Shown here piece after piece: positions 11,027 through 21,021 of a stretch of 64,000 nucleotides of DNA. Origin of the DNA: Acidimicrobiales bacterium. GTDB taxonomy: Bacteria; Actinomycetota; Acidimicrobiia; Acidimicrobiales; CAIXPF01. Below the pieces are notes generated by a model, which saw only the letters and a list, made by a program, of their open reading frames with translations, had not been told where the DNA came from and did no database searches. The stretch spans positions 14,600-78,599 of the forward strand of contig JBJXFH010000142.1 of NCBI GenBank assembly GCA_046155365.1. Direction: 5' to 3'. Every line of letters begins with the position of its first letter. Position 1 is the stretch's first letter. The position numbers and the translations under genes are program-made.

Positions 11027-12133
11027 TTAACGGCTCGGGGCCACCAGGGCGCCGCCGAGGACCTCGTCGGGCGCGGCGGGGTCGTAGAACACCACGGACT
11101 GGCCCGGCGCCACCCGGATCTGCGGTTCCTCCCAGATCAGGGTTCGCCCCTCAATGGTGGCTGGTCGAGCGGGACCGTGGGCGGAGCACTGCACCAGCAC
11201 CCGGCCGGTGGGCGAGGGCGGCAGCTCAGCGTCGGCAGGGGCGAAACCGTCAAGGTGAACGGTGGACTCCAATAGCGCCTCCCGGGGACCCACCGTCACC
11301 GTGTCCCGGCGATGGTCCACGTCCAGGACGTAGCGCGGCGCCGCGCCGCCACCCAGCCCCAGGCCCCGCCGCTGGCCGATGGTCACCAGCTGCACTCCCG
11401 CGGTGGCACCGACGGTGACGCCGGCCTGGTCCACCACCACCGCCGGCCGCAGCGCCAGCCGATCCGCCAGGAATGTCCGCCGGGCCTGCCCGGGCTCCCC
11501 GGCGATGAAGCACACGTCCTGGCTATCGGGCTTGTTGGCGCTGCGCAGACCAGCCTCGGCGGCCAGACGACGAACCTCGCTTTTGGCCATGGTCCCCACC
11601 GGGAACAAGGTGCCGGCCAAGGTGGGCTGGTCCAGCATGTACAGCACATAGGACTGGTCCTTGGCGGCGTCCGCACCGCGGGCCAGCCGCCAGTGGTGGT
11701 CACGCCGAATGATGCGGGCGTGGTGACCGGTGGCCACCAGGTCAAAGCCCAGGGTCCGGGCCCGGCGGGTGAGCGCGTCGAACTTCAGGTGACGGTTGCA
11801 TTCGATGCAGGGATTGGGGGTGATGCCCTGGCGGTGGGCGTCAATGTAGGGCTCCACCACCGAGGCGCTGAACTGCTCGGCGAAGTTGAACACGTGATGT
11901 TCGATGCCCAACCGGTCCGCCACCCGACGGGCGTCGTCCACATCGGCCACCGAGCAGCAGCCCCGATCGCTTTGGCCGCCCCACAGCTTGAGCGTGACCC
12001 CCACCACCTCGTGACCGGCCCGCTGGCACAGCAACGCCGCCACCGCGGAGTCCACCCCACCCGACATGGCCACCATCACCCGACCGGGCGTAGCCGTCCC
12101 CTCGCCGCTAACCGGCCCGCTCGGCGCGCTCAC
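11027..12133 (-). CDS. mnmA: tRNA 2-thiouridine(34) synthase
   Basis: 368 aa. PP-loop VMVAMSGGVDSAVAA and conserved Cys residues. GTGA overlap with the upstream cysteine desulfurase gene. Confidence 0.95.
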   Translation of the reverse strand: MSAPSGPVSGEGTATPGRVMVAMSGGVDSAVAALLCQRAGHEVVGVTLKLWGGQSDRGCCSVADVDDARRVADRLGIEHHVFNFAEQFSASVVEPYIDAHRQGITPNPCIECNRHLKFDALTRRARTLGFDLVATGHHARIIRRDHHWRLARGADAAKDQSYVLYMLDQPTLAGTLFPVGTMAKSEVRRLAAEAGLRSANKPDSQDVCFIAGEPGQARRTFLADRLALRPAVVVDQAGVTVGATAGVQLVTIGQRRGLGLGGGAAPRYVLDVDHRRDTVTVGPREALLESTVHLDGFAPADAELPPSPTGRVLVQCSAHGPARPATIEGRTLIWEEPQIRVAPGQSVVFYDPAAPDEVLGGALVAPSR

Positions 12134-13359
12134 GGGGCACCCGGAACCAGCGCCGCCGAGCGCAACGTGCGGACCGAATGCACCAGCGCCGCCACCGCCC
12201 GGTCGATGTGGGCGTCAGTGGTGGACCAGCCCAACGTGCAGCGGAGCGCGCCGGCGCCCTGCTGACGGTCAAGGCCCATGGCGGCGAGGACGTGGGACAG
12301 CTGGGTGGCACCGCTGGCGCACGAGGAGCCCACCGATACCGCCACCCCGTGACGATCGAGCACGAACAACAGCTCCTCGCTCACCACGCCCTGCACGCAC
12401 AGGTGGGCGTTGCCGGCCACCTTGACGCTGCGGTCGGCCACCGTTTCCGTCACCCCCGGCAACTGGGCCTGCACCTCATCCACCAGGCGATCGCGCAGCG
12501 CGGTCACGCGGGCCACGGTGGCGGCCTGGCGGGCCACGGTGAGCCGGGCGGCCTCGGCCATCGCGGCCACCCCGGCCACGTTCTGGGTGCCGCTACGCCG
12601 GTCACGTTCCTGCCCGCCACCGAGCAGCCGGGCCCGCAACGGCACCCCCGGACGCACCACCAGCACCCCCACGCCGGGCGGGCCACCGAACTTGTGGGCG
12701 CTGATGGACAGCAGGTCAGCGGAGGCGGTTGCGGCCCCCACGTCCAGCCAGGGGAAGGCCGCCACCGCGTCCACGTGCACCAGCGCGGTCCCGGCAGTGC
12801 GCGAGCGGACCACCTCCACGATGTCCGCCACCGGGTTGATCACCCCCACCTCGTTGTTGACCAACATGGCGGACACCAGACCCACCTGGGTTGGCAGGGT
12901 GTCGCGCAACGCGTCCACATCGAGCCGGCCCAACCGGTCCACCGCCAGCACCAGCCCGCCCATGTGGGTGACCGGCTCCAGCACCGCGTGGTGTTCGGCG
13001 GCGCTGCAGGCCACCAGCGAGCGCACCCCGTCCGGTCCCACCCCGGCGGACCCGAAGATCGCCAGGTTGTCCGCTTCGGTACCGCCGGAGGTGAACACCA
13101 CGTCCCCGGGACCACAGCCCAGGCCCTCCGCCAGCAGGTCACGGGCATCGTCGAGCGTGCGTCGGGCCTCCCGGGCCAGGCGGTGGGCGCCGGACGGGTT
13201 GCCCCGCAGCCGCCCCAACCAACCGGTCATGACCTCCAACGCCTCGGGATACATCGGCGTGGAGGCCCCGTGATCGAGGTACACCACGTCATCGTTCTCG
13301 CTGGCCGAACCCCCGTCCCCGTTCCTGGAGGTGGGCGGGGATGGTGTGGTCATGTCCAA
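12130..13359 (-). CDS. iscS: cysteine desulfurase (class V aminotransferase, IscS/NifS-like)
   Basis: 409 aa. PLP-Lys motif SISAHKFGGPPGVG and active-site loop SSCASG. Confidence 0.92.
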   Translation of the reverse strand: MDMTTPSPPTSRNGDGGSASENDDVVYLDHGASTPMYPEALEVMTGWLGRLRGNPSGAHRLAREARRTLDDARDLLAEGLGCGPGDVVFTSGGTEADNLAIFGSAGVGPDGVRSLVACSAAEHHAVLEPVTHMGGLVLAVDRLGRLDVDALRDTLPTQVGLVSAMLVNNEVGVINPVADIVEVVRSRTAGTALVHVDAVAAFPWLDVGAATASADLLSISAHKFGGPPGVGVLVVRPGVPLRARLLGGGQERDRRSGTQNVAGVAAMAEAARLTVARQAATVARVTALRDRLVDEVQAQLPGVTETVADRSVKVAGNAHLCVQGVVSEELLFVLDRHGVAVSVGSSCASGATQLSHVLAAMGLDRQQGAGALRCTLGWSTTDAHIDRAVAALVHSVRTLRSAALVPGAP

Positions 13360-13369
13360 AAGCTAACCG

Positions 13370-14287
13370 TCACCGGAGCTGGGAACGCACCGAGTTCCCC
13401 GGCCCGGCATGCAGACGGGACCCCGGAGCCCCTGGAGTGAACAGCTGTGGTGGCGGGGCCCCGGGCGGCAGATGCCGTACCTGGAACGCAGACGCCACGC
13501 ACAGCAGGTACTGCTCGGCGCTGACCCGCAGGTCAATGGGATGCTGCAGCCGAGCGGCAACCTGGTGGCCGGTGCGCTCGACCAGCCGGTTGGCGGTGGC
13601 GGTGTTCATCCGGCGGGTGCGCAGGAGCACGGCCCGGATCAGCCGATAGCCGGCGGGGTCCAATAGCCCCACGTCGAGGTGGTCGCGGTAGGTGACCAGC
13701 TGCTCCGGGGGCAGGAAGGCCACCGGGCGCAGATCCGCGGCGGCGCTCTCACGGTCACGCACCACCATGGTTGACGCCGCCACATCGCCCAGCCGGCGAC
13801 CACGGGGCGAGCACAACACCCCAATCGCCCAGGAAAACCCGAACGTGGCCACGTCCACCAGCAACAGCGCCGCCCGGACGCCCGCCGCCCGGAACCCGAT
13901 CGGACCACCTTGCGCGCTCACCACCCGCAGCCCCAACGCCGCCTTGCCCGGGGTGCGCCCGTCCCACAACGTCTCGAACGCCAGCGGATACCCCACCAAC
14001 GCCAACCCGCCCACGATGGCTATGACCACCGCACCGGCCACCGACCCCAGTGCGGCGCCCCCGATGACCAGGACGGTCGTCAACGCGTACAGCGCCACCA
14101 GATCAATGATCAGCGCCGCGGCCCGCGAAGCGATCCCGGCCGGCTGGACATCCACCGCCACCCCGGATTCGGTGAACAGCGGGGTGTCCGCCGTCAAGGC
14201 CTCGGCGGGACGACGCAACCGGCCCCCGGGCGCGCCCACGGCCGGTACCAACGGCCCGGCAGGGACCCTGTCGCGATCGGCGGCCAT
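13370..14287 (-). CDS. RDD-family membrane protein
   Basis: ATG at 14285-14287 chosen. RAAALIIDL and WDGRTPGKAALGLRVV are RDD-family signatures. The longer ORF (to 14527) overlaps the divergent gene. Confidence 0.72.
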   Translation of the reverse strand: MAADRDRVPAGPLVPAVGAPGGRLRRPAEALTADTPLFTESGVAVDVQPAGIASRAAALIIDLVALYALTTVLVIGGAALGSVAGAVVIAIVGGLALVGYPLAFETLWDGRTPGKAALGLRVVSAQGGPIGFRAAGVRAALLLVDVATFGFSWAIGVLCSPRGRRLGDVAASTMVVRDRESAAADLRPVAFLPPEQLVTYRDHLDVGLLDPAGYRLIRAVLLRTRRMNTATANRLVERTGHQVAARLQHPIDLRVSAEQYLLCVASAFQVRHLPPGAPPPQLFTPGAPGSRLHAGPGNSVRSQLR

Positions 14288-14356
14288 CGCTGTACCGTAA
14301 CGGTCCCGCCGCAAGAGCAGGCGGGTAGGACCAAGGCGCACAGACGGGCACCAGAC

Positions 14357-15352
14357 GTGGACATCGATCGCTTCCTCGCTGACAAAGAGGTCGCCTGGGA
14401 GCAGCTGGCCGCCCTGAGCGGGCGGGGAGGCCGTCGACCCAGGCGTCTGAACGAGGGCGAGATCGAGGCCTTCGTACAGCACTACCAGCGGGCCTCGGTG
14501 GATTTGTCCCAGGCCCGTTCCCATCACGCGGACCCGGCGCTGCTGCGCAAGTTGAGCCGGGCCGTGGGCGCCGGTCGGGTGCTGCTGGAGGGCCGCAAAC
14601 CCTTCAGCGGGGCCACCGTGTCACGATTTTTCCTGGTGGCCTTCCCCACCGCGGTGTGGCAGCTACGACGGTTCGTGGCGGTGGCCCTGGTGGCCACGTT
14701 CCTGCCGGCGGCGGCGATGGCGCTGTGGCTGGCCAACTCCGATCAGGCCCGGACGGCGGTGGGACCGGAGGAGTTCCGGGCGGCGTATGTGCAGGACGAG
14801 TTCGAGGCGTACTACTCGGACCGGCCGGCGCTGCAGTTCGCCGCTGAGGTCACCTTCAACAACATCCGGGTGTCGGTGCTGGCGGTGGCCTCGGGCATGT
14901 TGGTGGGCCTGGGCAGCCTGTTTGTGCTGGTCTACAACGGCGCCAACGTCGGGTTAGCCACCGGCATGTTCATTGAGGCTGATCAGCAGGGCCGCTTTTA
15001 CGGCTTGCTGCTCCCCCATGGGTTGTTGGAGCTCAGCGCCATCGTGTTGGCGGGAGCGGCCGGCCTGGCCCTGGGCTGGGCCATGATCGTGCCTGGTGAC
15101 CGCACCCGGGGGGCAGCCGTGCGGGCGGCATCCCAACGGGGTTTGACGGTGATGCTGGGTGTGGCTGCGGCCTTGGTGGTGGCGGGGGCTATTGAAGGCT
15201 TCGTTACTGGCAGTACGCTTGCCACCGCAATGCGTGTCGGCCTGGGAGGGTCGGTCGAGGTAGTTTTCTTGGCGTACTTGTACGTCTTCGGACGCCGGGG
15301 CGCGGCGGCGACGGAAGCATCGCTCAGTCCAGCGACCTGGCCTAACCCGTGA
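14357..15352 (+). CDS. SpoIIM-like (DUF95) integral membrane protein
   Basis: GTG at 14357 chosen. Soluble N-terminal helix region, then 5-6 TM segments with LLPHGLLELSAIVLAGAAG typical of stage II sporulation protein M-like proteins. The listed start at 13910 overlaps the RDD gene. Confidence 0.72.
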   Translation: MDIDRFLADKEVAWEQLAALSGRGGRRPRRLNEGEIEAFVQHYQRASVDLSQARSHHADPALLRKLSRAVGAGRVLLEGRKPFSGATVSRFFLVAFPTAVWQLRRFVAVALVATFLPAAAMALWLANSDQARTAVGPEEFRAAYVQDEFEAYYSDRPALQFAAEVTFNNIRVSVLAVASGMLVGLGSLFVLVYNGANVGLATGMFIEADQQGRFYGLLLPHGLLELSAIVLAGAAGLALGWAMIVPGDRTRGAAVRAASQRGLTVMLGVAAALVVAGAIEGFVTGSTLATAMRVGLGGSVEVVFLAYLYVFGRRGAAATEASLSPATWPNP

Positions 15353-15365
15353 TCGGGGACAACGG

Positions 15366-16070
15366 ATGTCGAATCAGGATCTCAACTTGGGCTTCAGCCC
15401 CGGTCTGGACCGGACGCTGGCCACTGCGGCGCCGGTGACCGGTTCCAGCGAAGGGCGTCGGCGGCGGCCGCCCCTGGTGACCAGGGAGCAAGTGGTGGAC
15501 GTGGCCTACGGGCTGGTGGTCACCGACGGTCCCGACGGCCTGTCCATGCGCAAGCTGGCCGGGGCGCTGCACGTGTCCCTGCCCACGGTGTACACCGCCA
15601 TCCGCAGCCGGGAGCACCTGGTAGCGCAACTGCAGAACCGCCTCATCGAGCAGATCGCAGCCCGGTTGGTCACCGAAGATCTGGCGCTGGACGCCCGCGG
15701 TGGGCTGCCGCCGGCGCAGCGGTTGGCCTCCCTCACCGGCACCTTCCTTGATTGGGCCAATGACAATCCCCGCCTGGCGGAGTTCCTGCTGTCGGAGGAA
15801 TTCTCTTTCGAGGTGGCCCAACGGGTGACCACACCTAGCGCCGATAGTTCCGAGTCCTTGTCGTACCTGGTGGGACTGTTCCGGGAACTCGGTCGGGCCG
15901 AGGCACTGCCCAAGGTGGCACCGGTGGTGGCGTTGACCTTCGCCGTCACCCAGGTCCGGGCGGTGCTGTCCCTGCGCCGGGAACCGGCCCTGGCGGACAT
16001 GTCCGCGGAGCGCTGGCACGCCCTCGCCTGCGCCACGCTGATCAGCGGGCTCAACGCCATCGGGAGTTGA
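15366..16070 (+). CDS. TetR-family transcriptional regulator
   Basis: N-terminal HTH VVDVAYGLVVTDGPDGLSMRKLAGALHVSLPTVYTAI. Only 13 nt after the SpoIIM-like gene. Confidence 0.85.
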   Translation: MSNQDLNLGFSPGLDRTLATAAPVTGSSEGRRRRPPLVTREQVVDVAYGLVVTDGPDGLSMRKLAGALHVSLPTVYTAIRSREHLVAQLQNRLIEQIAARLVTEDLALDARGGLPPAQRLASLTGTFLDWANDNPRLAEFLLSEEFSFEVAQRVTTPSADSSESLSYLVGLFRELGRAEALPKVAPVVALTFAVTQVRAVLSLRREPALADMSAERWHALACATLISGLNAIGS

Positions 16071-16085
16071 GCTTCGGCGGCGCGG

Positions 16086-17396
16086 TCAGAGGCGCTGTTC
16101 GGCCTTGATCGCCAGATAGGACTCCACCAGCGCCAACGGCAGCCGTTGAGGGGTTTCGTCCAGCACGATCATGCCCCGTCGTGCCAGCGTCGCGGCCATG
16201 GCCCGGCGCTGTTCCAAGGTGCGGGCAGCGGCGGCTTTGCGGTACGCCGCGCTCACCCCCTCGGCCGGGCCGTCCGCCCACGCCAGCAGCTCCGGATCCG
16301 CCACCGTGGCCACCATCACCAGGTGACGGCGGGCCAACACCTCCAGCGCCGGGAGCATCGCCTCAACGGTCACCGCTTCGGCCAGATCGGTCAGGACCAC
16401 CGCCAGGCAGCGGCGCCGGGCCCGGTCCGAGAGATGACGAGCCGCCACCCGATAATCGGTCTCCACCAGGCGCGGTTCCAGATCGATGAGGGCGTCGATG
16501 AGCATCGGTGCCCGATCGGCGCGTTCCAACGCCGGCAGTGACACCCGGGGCCGATGATCGTGGGCCTCGAAGGACAACCGGTCCCCCAACCGTCCCGCGG
16601 CCAACGCCAGGGCCAAGGCGGCATCGAGGGCGTGTTCTAAACGGGTGGCTCCGGCCACCGTGGCCGCCATCAGACGCCCCGAGTCCAGCAGCACCGCCAC
16701 CTGCTGGTTACGTTCAGCCCGGTAGGTGCGCACCACCGGGTGACCGCGCCGGGCGGTAGCGGCCCAGTCGAGGCGCCGATAATCGTCATCGATCTGGTAT
16801 TCCCGGAGATGATCAAACTCGGTGCCGGCGCCCCGGATCCGGGTGGTACGCACGCCGGATCCCAACGCCCGTCGTTGGTCGAGCAACAGCTCCGTGGCCG
16901 CCCGTGAGGGGAACGCCGGCGTCACCCGCAGCTGCGAGGGGACCTCGAACGCCTGCTGCCGGGCGGCCAGACCGAGCGGTCCGTAGGTACGTAGCACGAT
17001 CTCGGCCACGGCGAAACGGCCGCGGCGGGCCGGGCGGATGGGTCGCCGCCGGGTGACGCTGCTGCGAGGGGGCACCCGCAGCACAGCCCGACGGTCCGCC
17101 AATCGCCATGACGGTGGGACCTCGTCCGCCAGCGCCACCCGTACCGATCGGTTGGTGGGGTTGTGGACCTCCCAGCCCAGTTCTCCGACCTGACCCAACG
17201 CCAGCGATGGTGGCAATCGCCGCTTGAACTGCAGTCGGCGGGGCGGGACCGCCAGTACCAGCTCAACGCCGAGGGCCGCCACCAGCACCACCGCACCCAG
17301 CGCGGACGCGGCCCAGCCACCGGGCAGCACCGCTGAGACCACCGCCAACACCACCGCGGCCATCGCAGCCCGGTGGGTGGGCAGCGCGCTCACCAC
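16086..17396 (-). CDS. DUF58 domain protein (vWA-like, MoxR-associated)
   Basis: GAGTEFDHLREYQIDDDYRRLDWAATARRGHPVVRTY is the DUF58 signature. N-terminal TM helices. Confidence 0.85.
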   Translation of the reverse strand: MVSALPTHRAAMAAVVLAVVSAVLPGGWAASALGAVVLVAALGVELVLAVPPRRLQFKRRLPPSLALGQVGELGWEVHNPTNRSVRVALADEVPPSWRLADRRAVLRVPPRSSVTRRRPIRPARRGRFAVAEIVLRTYGPLGLAARQQAFEVPSQLRVTPAFPSRAATELLLDQRRALGSGVRTTRIRGAGTEFDHLREYQIDDDYRRLDWAATARRGHPVVRTYRAERNQQVAVLLDSGRLMAATVAGATRLEHALDAALALALAAGRLGDRLSFEAHDHRPRVSLPALERADRAPMLIDALIDLEPRLVETDYRVAARHLSDRARRRCLAVVLTDLAEAVTVEAMLPALEVLARRHLVMVATVADPELLAWADGPAEGVSAAYRKAAAARTLEQRRAMAATLARRGMIVLDETPQRLPLALVESYLAIKAEQRL

Positions 17397-17470
17397 CGGC
17401 TCATCTCAGCGCGGTTCTCGACAGGGGTAGGGCCGAGCACCCCGTCGGGCCGGGCGGACGCAGTTGGAGG

Positions 17471-17506
17471 CACGGCTGAAGGCGCGGCTGGGAACGCGGC
17501 TGGGGC
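17471..17506. repeat. 12-nt tandem repeat x3 (cgcggctggNNN) in the MoxR-DUF58 spacer
   Basis: Units at 17471, 17483 and 17495. Confidence 0.7.
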
Positions 17507-17520
17507 GGTCATGGGCAGCG

Positions 17521-18846
17521 TTATCGGGGGCTCGGGACCGAGGCCAACACCCGATCCAACAATGACTCGACATCAAGCCCGTCAAGGGCCACCTCAGGCC
17601 GTACCGTCACCCGATGACGCAGCACCGGCTTGAACGTGGCCTTGACCTCCTCGGGACTGAGATAGGAACGCCCGCTCATCCAGGCCCACGCCTTGGCCGC
17701 CGCCAGCAGGGCCACGGTGGCCCGCGGCGACGCCCCGAGCTGGCTGGAGGGGGCGTCCCGGGTGGCGCGGGCCAGGGCCACCACGTACTGCAGCACCACC
17801 GGTTCCACCGTCACCGCCGCCACTTGCGCCCGGGCCCGGGCCAAGGTGGCGGCGTTCATCACCGGTTGCACCCCCACCGAGGGCAGATCCCGAGGGTCGA
17901 GGCCCCGATGATGGCGGGCCAACAACTCAAGCTCCTCCTCCAGCGTGGGATAGCCAACGGGCAGCTTGAACAGGAACCGGTCCAGCTGCGCCTCCGGTAG
18001 CGGGTAGGTGCCCTCGTACTCGATGGGATTCTGGGTGGCGACCACCAGGAACGGATCCGGCAGGGGGCGGGACTGACCGTCGGAGGAGACCTGGTGCTCC
18101 TCCATGGCCTCCAGCAGCGCCGCTTGGGTTTTGGGTGGGGTGCGGTTGATCTCATCGGCCAGGAGCAGGTTGGTGAACACCGGGCCCGGGCGAAAGCGCA
18201 GCCCGCCGGCGCTGTCGAGCACCATCTGGCCGGTCAGGTCCGCCGGCATGAGGTCCGGGGTGAACTGCACCCGACCGAACTGCAGGTCCATGGCGGTGGC
18301 CAGGGTCTTCACCAACAGGGTCTTGGCCACCCCCGGGACCCCTTCCAACAACACGTGGCCCCCCACCAACAACGCCGCCAGCAGCCCTGACACCACACCG
18401 TGTTGGCCCACCACCACCTTGGCGATCTCCTGGCGCAAACGAGCCATTTCGGCCAAGGGGTCCACCACAGAGGGCGGTCCCTGCGGTTGCCGTACCGCTT
18501 GGTCTGGCGACCGTACCGAATGGTCTGGCGACCGTACCGAATGGTCTGGCGGGGGCGCGTCTGTCGGTGGGGCCGGTGGCGGCGTTGTTGGGGGTTGGCC
18601 GATCGGAGGCGCCGGGGGGTTCGGCGCTGACCATACCGAGTGGTCTGGTGGCCAGTCGGTCGGGGCCGGTGAGGGTACCGGTTGGCCGATGGGTGGGCCC
18701 GCCGGCCCGTACCCGTTGTCGACCGAATCCGGCGCCAGCGCCGCCACCGGGCGGGGCGGCGGCACCCGGTGCATCGGCGGGGGCGGCGGCCAGCGGGGAT
18801 CGTCGGTCCCTTCGGCCGGCAACGGGGGGTGGTCAGGAAGCGCCAT
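17521..18846 (-). CDS. moxR: MoxR-family AAA+ ATPase with a Pro-rich N-terminal extension
   Basis: Walker A LLEGVPGVAKT, Walker B LLADEINR and the MoxR-type C-terminal part. ATG at 18844-18846 overlaps the upstream gene stop by 14 nt. About 120 aa of Pro-rich low-complexity sequence precede the ATPase core, so a later start cannot be excluded. Confidence 0.88.
   Translation of the reverse strand: MALPDHPPLPAEGTDDPRWPPPPPMHRVPPPRPVAALAPDSVDNGYGPAGPPIGQPVPSPAPTDWPPDHSVWSAPNPPAPPIGQPPTTPPPAPPTDAPPPDHSVRSPDHSVRSPDQAVRQPQGPPSVVDPLAEMARLRQEIAKVVVGQHGVVSGLLAALLVGGHVLLEGVPGVAKTLLVKTLATAMDLQFGRVQFTPDLMPADLTGQMVLDSAGGLRFRPGPVFTNLLLADEINRTPPKTQAALLEAMEEHQVSSDGQSRPLPDPFLVVATQNPIEYEGTYPLPEAQLDRFLFKLPVGYPTLEEELELLARHHRGLDPRDLPSVGVQPVMNAATLARARAQVAAVTVEPVVLQYVVALARATRDAPSSQLGASPRATVALLAAAKAWAWMSGRSYLSPEEVKATFKPVLRHRVTVRPEVALDGLDVESLLDRVLASVPSPR
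18490..18552. repeat. 21-nt tandem repeat x3 (ccgtaccgaatggtctggcga), encoding PDHSVRS units in the MoxR extension
   Basis: ccgtaccg at 18490, 18511 and 18532; a degenerate fourth copy near 18630. Confidence 0.9.
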
Positions 18847-20191
18847 GGGGAACCTCGGGGCTCGGAGAATCGGATCGGCGGCGGTTTGGGCCGCGGCCGC
18901 GGGGGTTGCCGGGGGCAGAACGGCCAGGGCCAGGGCCAGGACCGCGTCCGCGGGGCCGTTCAGAGGGGGATGGACCCCGGGGCGGGTCGTCGGGGGACGC
19001 AGCCATCGGCGCATCGCTGGGAAGGCCGAGGCTGCCTGCACCGCTCGCCGGATGCTCATCCACCAAGTGGGGCTGGTGGCGGCCGGCCAGGGCGTCCAGT
19101 CCCTGGGACAGACGCAGCAGGGCCGCGCCGTCTGTCACCGGGCCGGAGACCAGCAGGTCCCGAATGGCCGGCGCGGCCGCTGCTGGTTCTCCACCGGGGT
19201 CCGCGGCGGCCAGCGCCTGGGCCAATTCCTCCGGTGAGACGCTGGCGGGCAGCCCCACCTTCGGCGCCAACTGCCGCTGCGCCCGGGCCCGCAGCCAATA
19301 GGCCGCCAGCGCCGGACGGCGGGCTCGCTCATAGAGGTTGGCCACGCCCGTGGTGAGCCCCGTTGCGGGTAACTCCAACAGCGCCGGTTCGGACAGGGGG
19401 CGGCCCAAGCGGCGGGCGCTGGCCCACACCGACAGACCCGCCGCCACCACCAGTGCGGCCATCAGACGCCAGAACCACTCGGGCAGCAACCCCACCAGTG
19501 TCCCCAAGCCGTACTCGCCGTCGGTGACCGGCACCGGCTCCACGAAGGCCACCGGACCGCGGCCGGCCAGCAGGGACGTGGCCAGCACCGCATTGTCGGC
19601 CCGGGCCAGGAAGGCGTTGCTGAACGGATCGGGTCCGCCCACGCCCACCACCGTGCCGTCACCAACCGCCCACTGCACCAGGCCCGCCTCACGAGCTGAT
19701 CCGAAGCACCCCGCCGCCGCGTCCTGCACCAAGAAGGAGGCGCTGAGGCCCACCAGCCGCTCGACATCCGGCAGATCCATGGTGCAGTCGCGCCGGGCGA
19801 CGACCTCATCCAGGTCCGGCGCGCCGGTCACCAATCGCTCGGACCACTCCGAAATCAGGCCGGCCTTCAGCAGCGTTGAGGGATCGGCCACCACCACCAC
19901 GTTGCCGTCCCGGGCGAAGCGCAGCAGATCTTCCAGGTCAGCCTCAACCGCGGGCGCCTGAAGGACCACCGCCACCGCGTCCGATTCAGCAGGCATACCG
20001 CTTCGTATGTTCACCTCGGTATCGAAGCGGCGCAGCAGGGCCACCAGCGCGGCGGCGCCGTCAGGATCGGTGGAGGTCGGGCCATACGGTGGGCCGCTGC
20101 GCCGATCCCCGCCCGAGGCCCACACCGCCGCCACGATCATGGTCAGGACCAGAGCGACGATCACCATCGTCATACTCTTCGGTCTGGTCAT
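18833..20191 (-). CDS. DUF4350-like membrane-anchored protein
   Basis: N-terminal TM helix, then DPDGAAALVALLRRFDTEV and NVVVVADP, typical of the DUF4350 partner in MoxR/DUF58 clusters. A second TM helix and a Pro/Gly-rich tail follow. Confidence 0.68.
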   Translation of the reverse strand: MTRPKSMTMVIVALVLTMIVAAVWASGGDRRSGPPYGPTSTDPDGAAALVALLRRFDTEVNIRSGMPAESDAVAVVLQAPAVEADLEDLLRFARDGNVVVVADPSTLLKAGLISEWSERLVTGAPDLDEVVARRDCTMDLPDVERLVGLSASFLVQDAAAGCFGSAREAGLVQWAVGDGTVVGVGGPDPFSNAFLARADNAVLATSLLAGRGPVAFVEPVPVTDGEYGLGTLVGLLPEWFWRLMAALVVAAGLSVWASARRLGRPLSEPALLELPATGLTTGVANLYERARRPALAAYWLRARAQRQLAPKVGLPASVSPEELAQALAAADPGGEPAAAAPAIRDLLVSGPVTDGAALLRLSQGLDALAGRHQPHLVDEHPASGAGSLGLPSDAPMAASPDDPPRGPSPSERPRGRGPGPGPGRSAPGNPRGRGPNRRRSDSPSPEVPHGAS

Positions 20192-21021
20192 GACGACCCA
20201 TCCTGCGTCACGATGTCGGCGCTATCGGCACTATCGGCACTATCGGTGCCCTCGGTGCCCTCGCCGACGGCTTTGACCCGAGACGGCTTCTGGCGCGCCG
20301 CGGAACCCACGGCGGCGTCAAGGGCCTGGGCTTGCATACGGGCTTCGGCGGCGAGGGCTTCGTCGGCCGCCGCGCCGCCATACCACACGGTCTCGAAGGT
20401 GGCCGTCAGCCGGGCGAAGGGCTCACGCAACCCGGTGTCGTGGGCATCCACCGCGGCCAACAGTTCCGCTGAGGACGTACCCGGGTGGGCTTCCAAGAGC
20501 CCGGCCCCGCTGAGGTCCGCCACCGCCCCCCGGTAACGGGCCAAGAGGGCGTCCCGCCACCGACCGGCGGCCTCCAGCACGTCAACCTCGCCGGGGTGCA
20601 GCGCCGCCAACGATCCCGGCTGGATGACGGCATCGTCCTCGTCCAGGGCGCGGACCTCATCAGTTTCTTTGGTTTTCTTTCGGCGCCCCCGGAACGGCAA
20701 CGGCCGGCCGCGGGCGGATCGCACCAACAGCACCACCACCGCCACCACCAACGCCGCCAGCAGCAACCACCCCAGCACCCGCCATCCGCTGGCTCCCGTG
20801 CCGCCACCGCCGGATGAGATGGGGAACTCCGGCAGTTGGTCGCCCAGCCATTCGAAAAAGCGGGACAGCAACGAAGGCGGCCGGCGCTGGAACTCGGGCC
20901 GGGACACGATGTCCTCGGCGGCGGCCCGGGCCGCTTCCGGTTGGACCGTGCCGGGGGTCGACGGATCAGGCGCGGCCACGGCCCACCCTGGAACGTCGCC
21001 GGCCCGAACGTGCCGCGTCAC
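20188..21021 (-). CDS. DUF4129-like protein
   Basis: SRPEFQRRPPSLLSRFFEWLGDQL, then a TM helix and a helical C-terminal domain, as in DUF4129 members of this cluster. 4-nt overlap with the next gene. Confidence 0.68.
   Translation of the reverse strand: MTRHVRAGDVPGWAVAAPDPSTPGTVQPEAARAAAEDIVSRPEFQRRPPSLLSRFFEWLGDQLPEFPISSGGGGTGASGWRVLGWLLLAALVVAVVVLLVRSARGRPLPFRGRRKKTKETDEVRALDEDDAVIQPGSLAALHPGEVDVLEAAGRWRDALLARYRGAVADLSGAGLLEAHPGTSSAELLAAVDAHDTGLREPFARLTATFETVWYGGAAADEALAAEARMQAQALDAAVGSAARQKPSRVKAVGEGTEGTDSADSADSADIVTQDGSS
20212..20265. repeat. 9-nt tandem repeat x6 (tatcggcac-like) at the 3-prime end of the DUF4129 gene
   Basis: Period-9 units from 20212; encodes GTEGTDSADSADSAD. Confidence 0.8.

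Noticed and set aside
13910-14527. Overlapping N-terminal extensions of the RDD and SpoIIM-like ORFs
   Set aside because: The extensions overlap each other on opposite strands and are low-complexity. The internal starts (14287 and 14357) leave a normal 69-bp divergent spacer.
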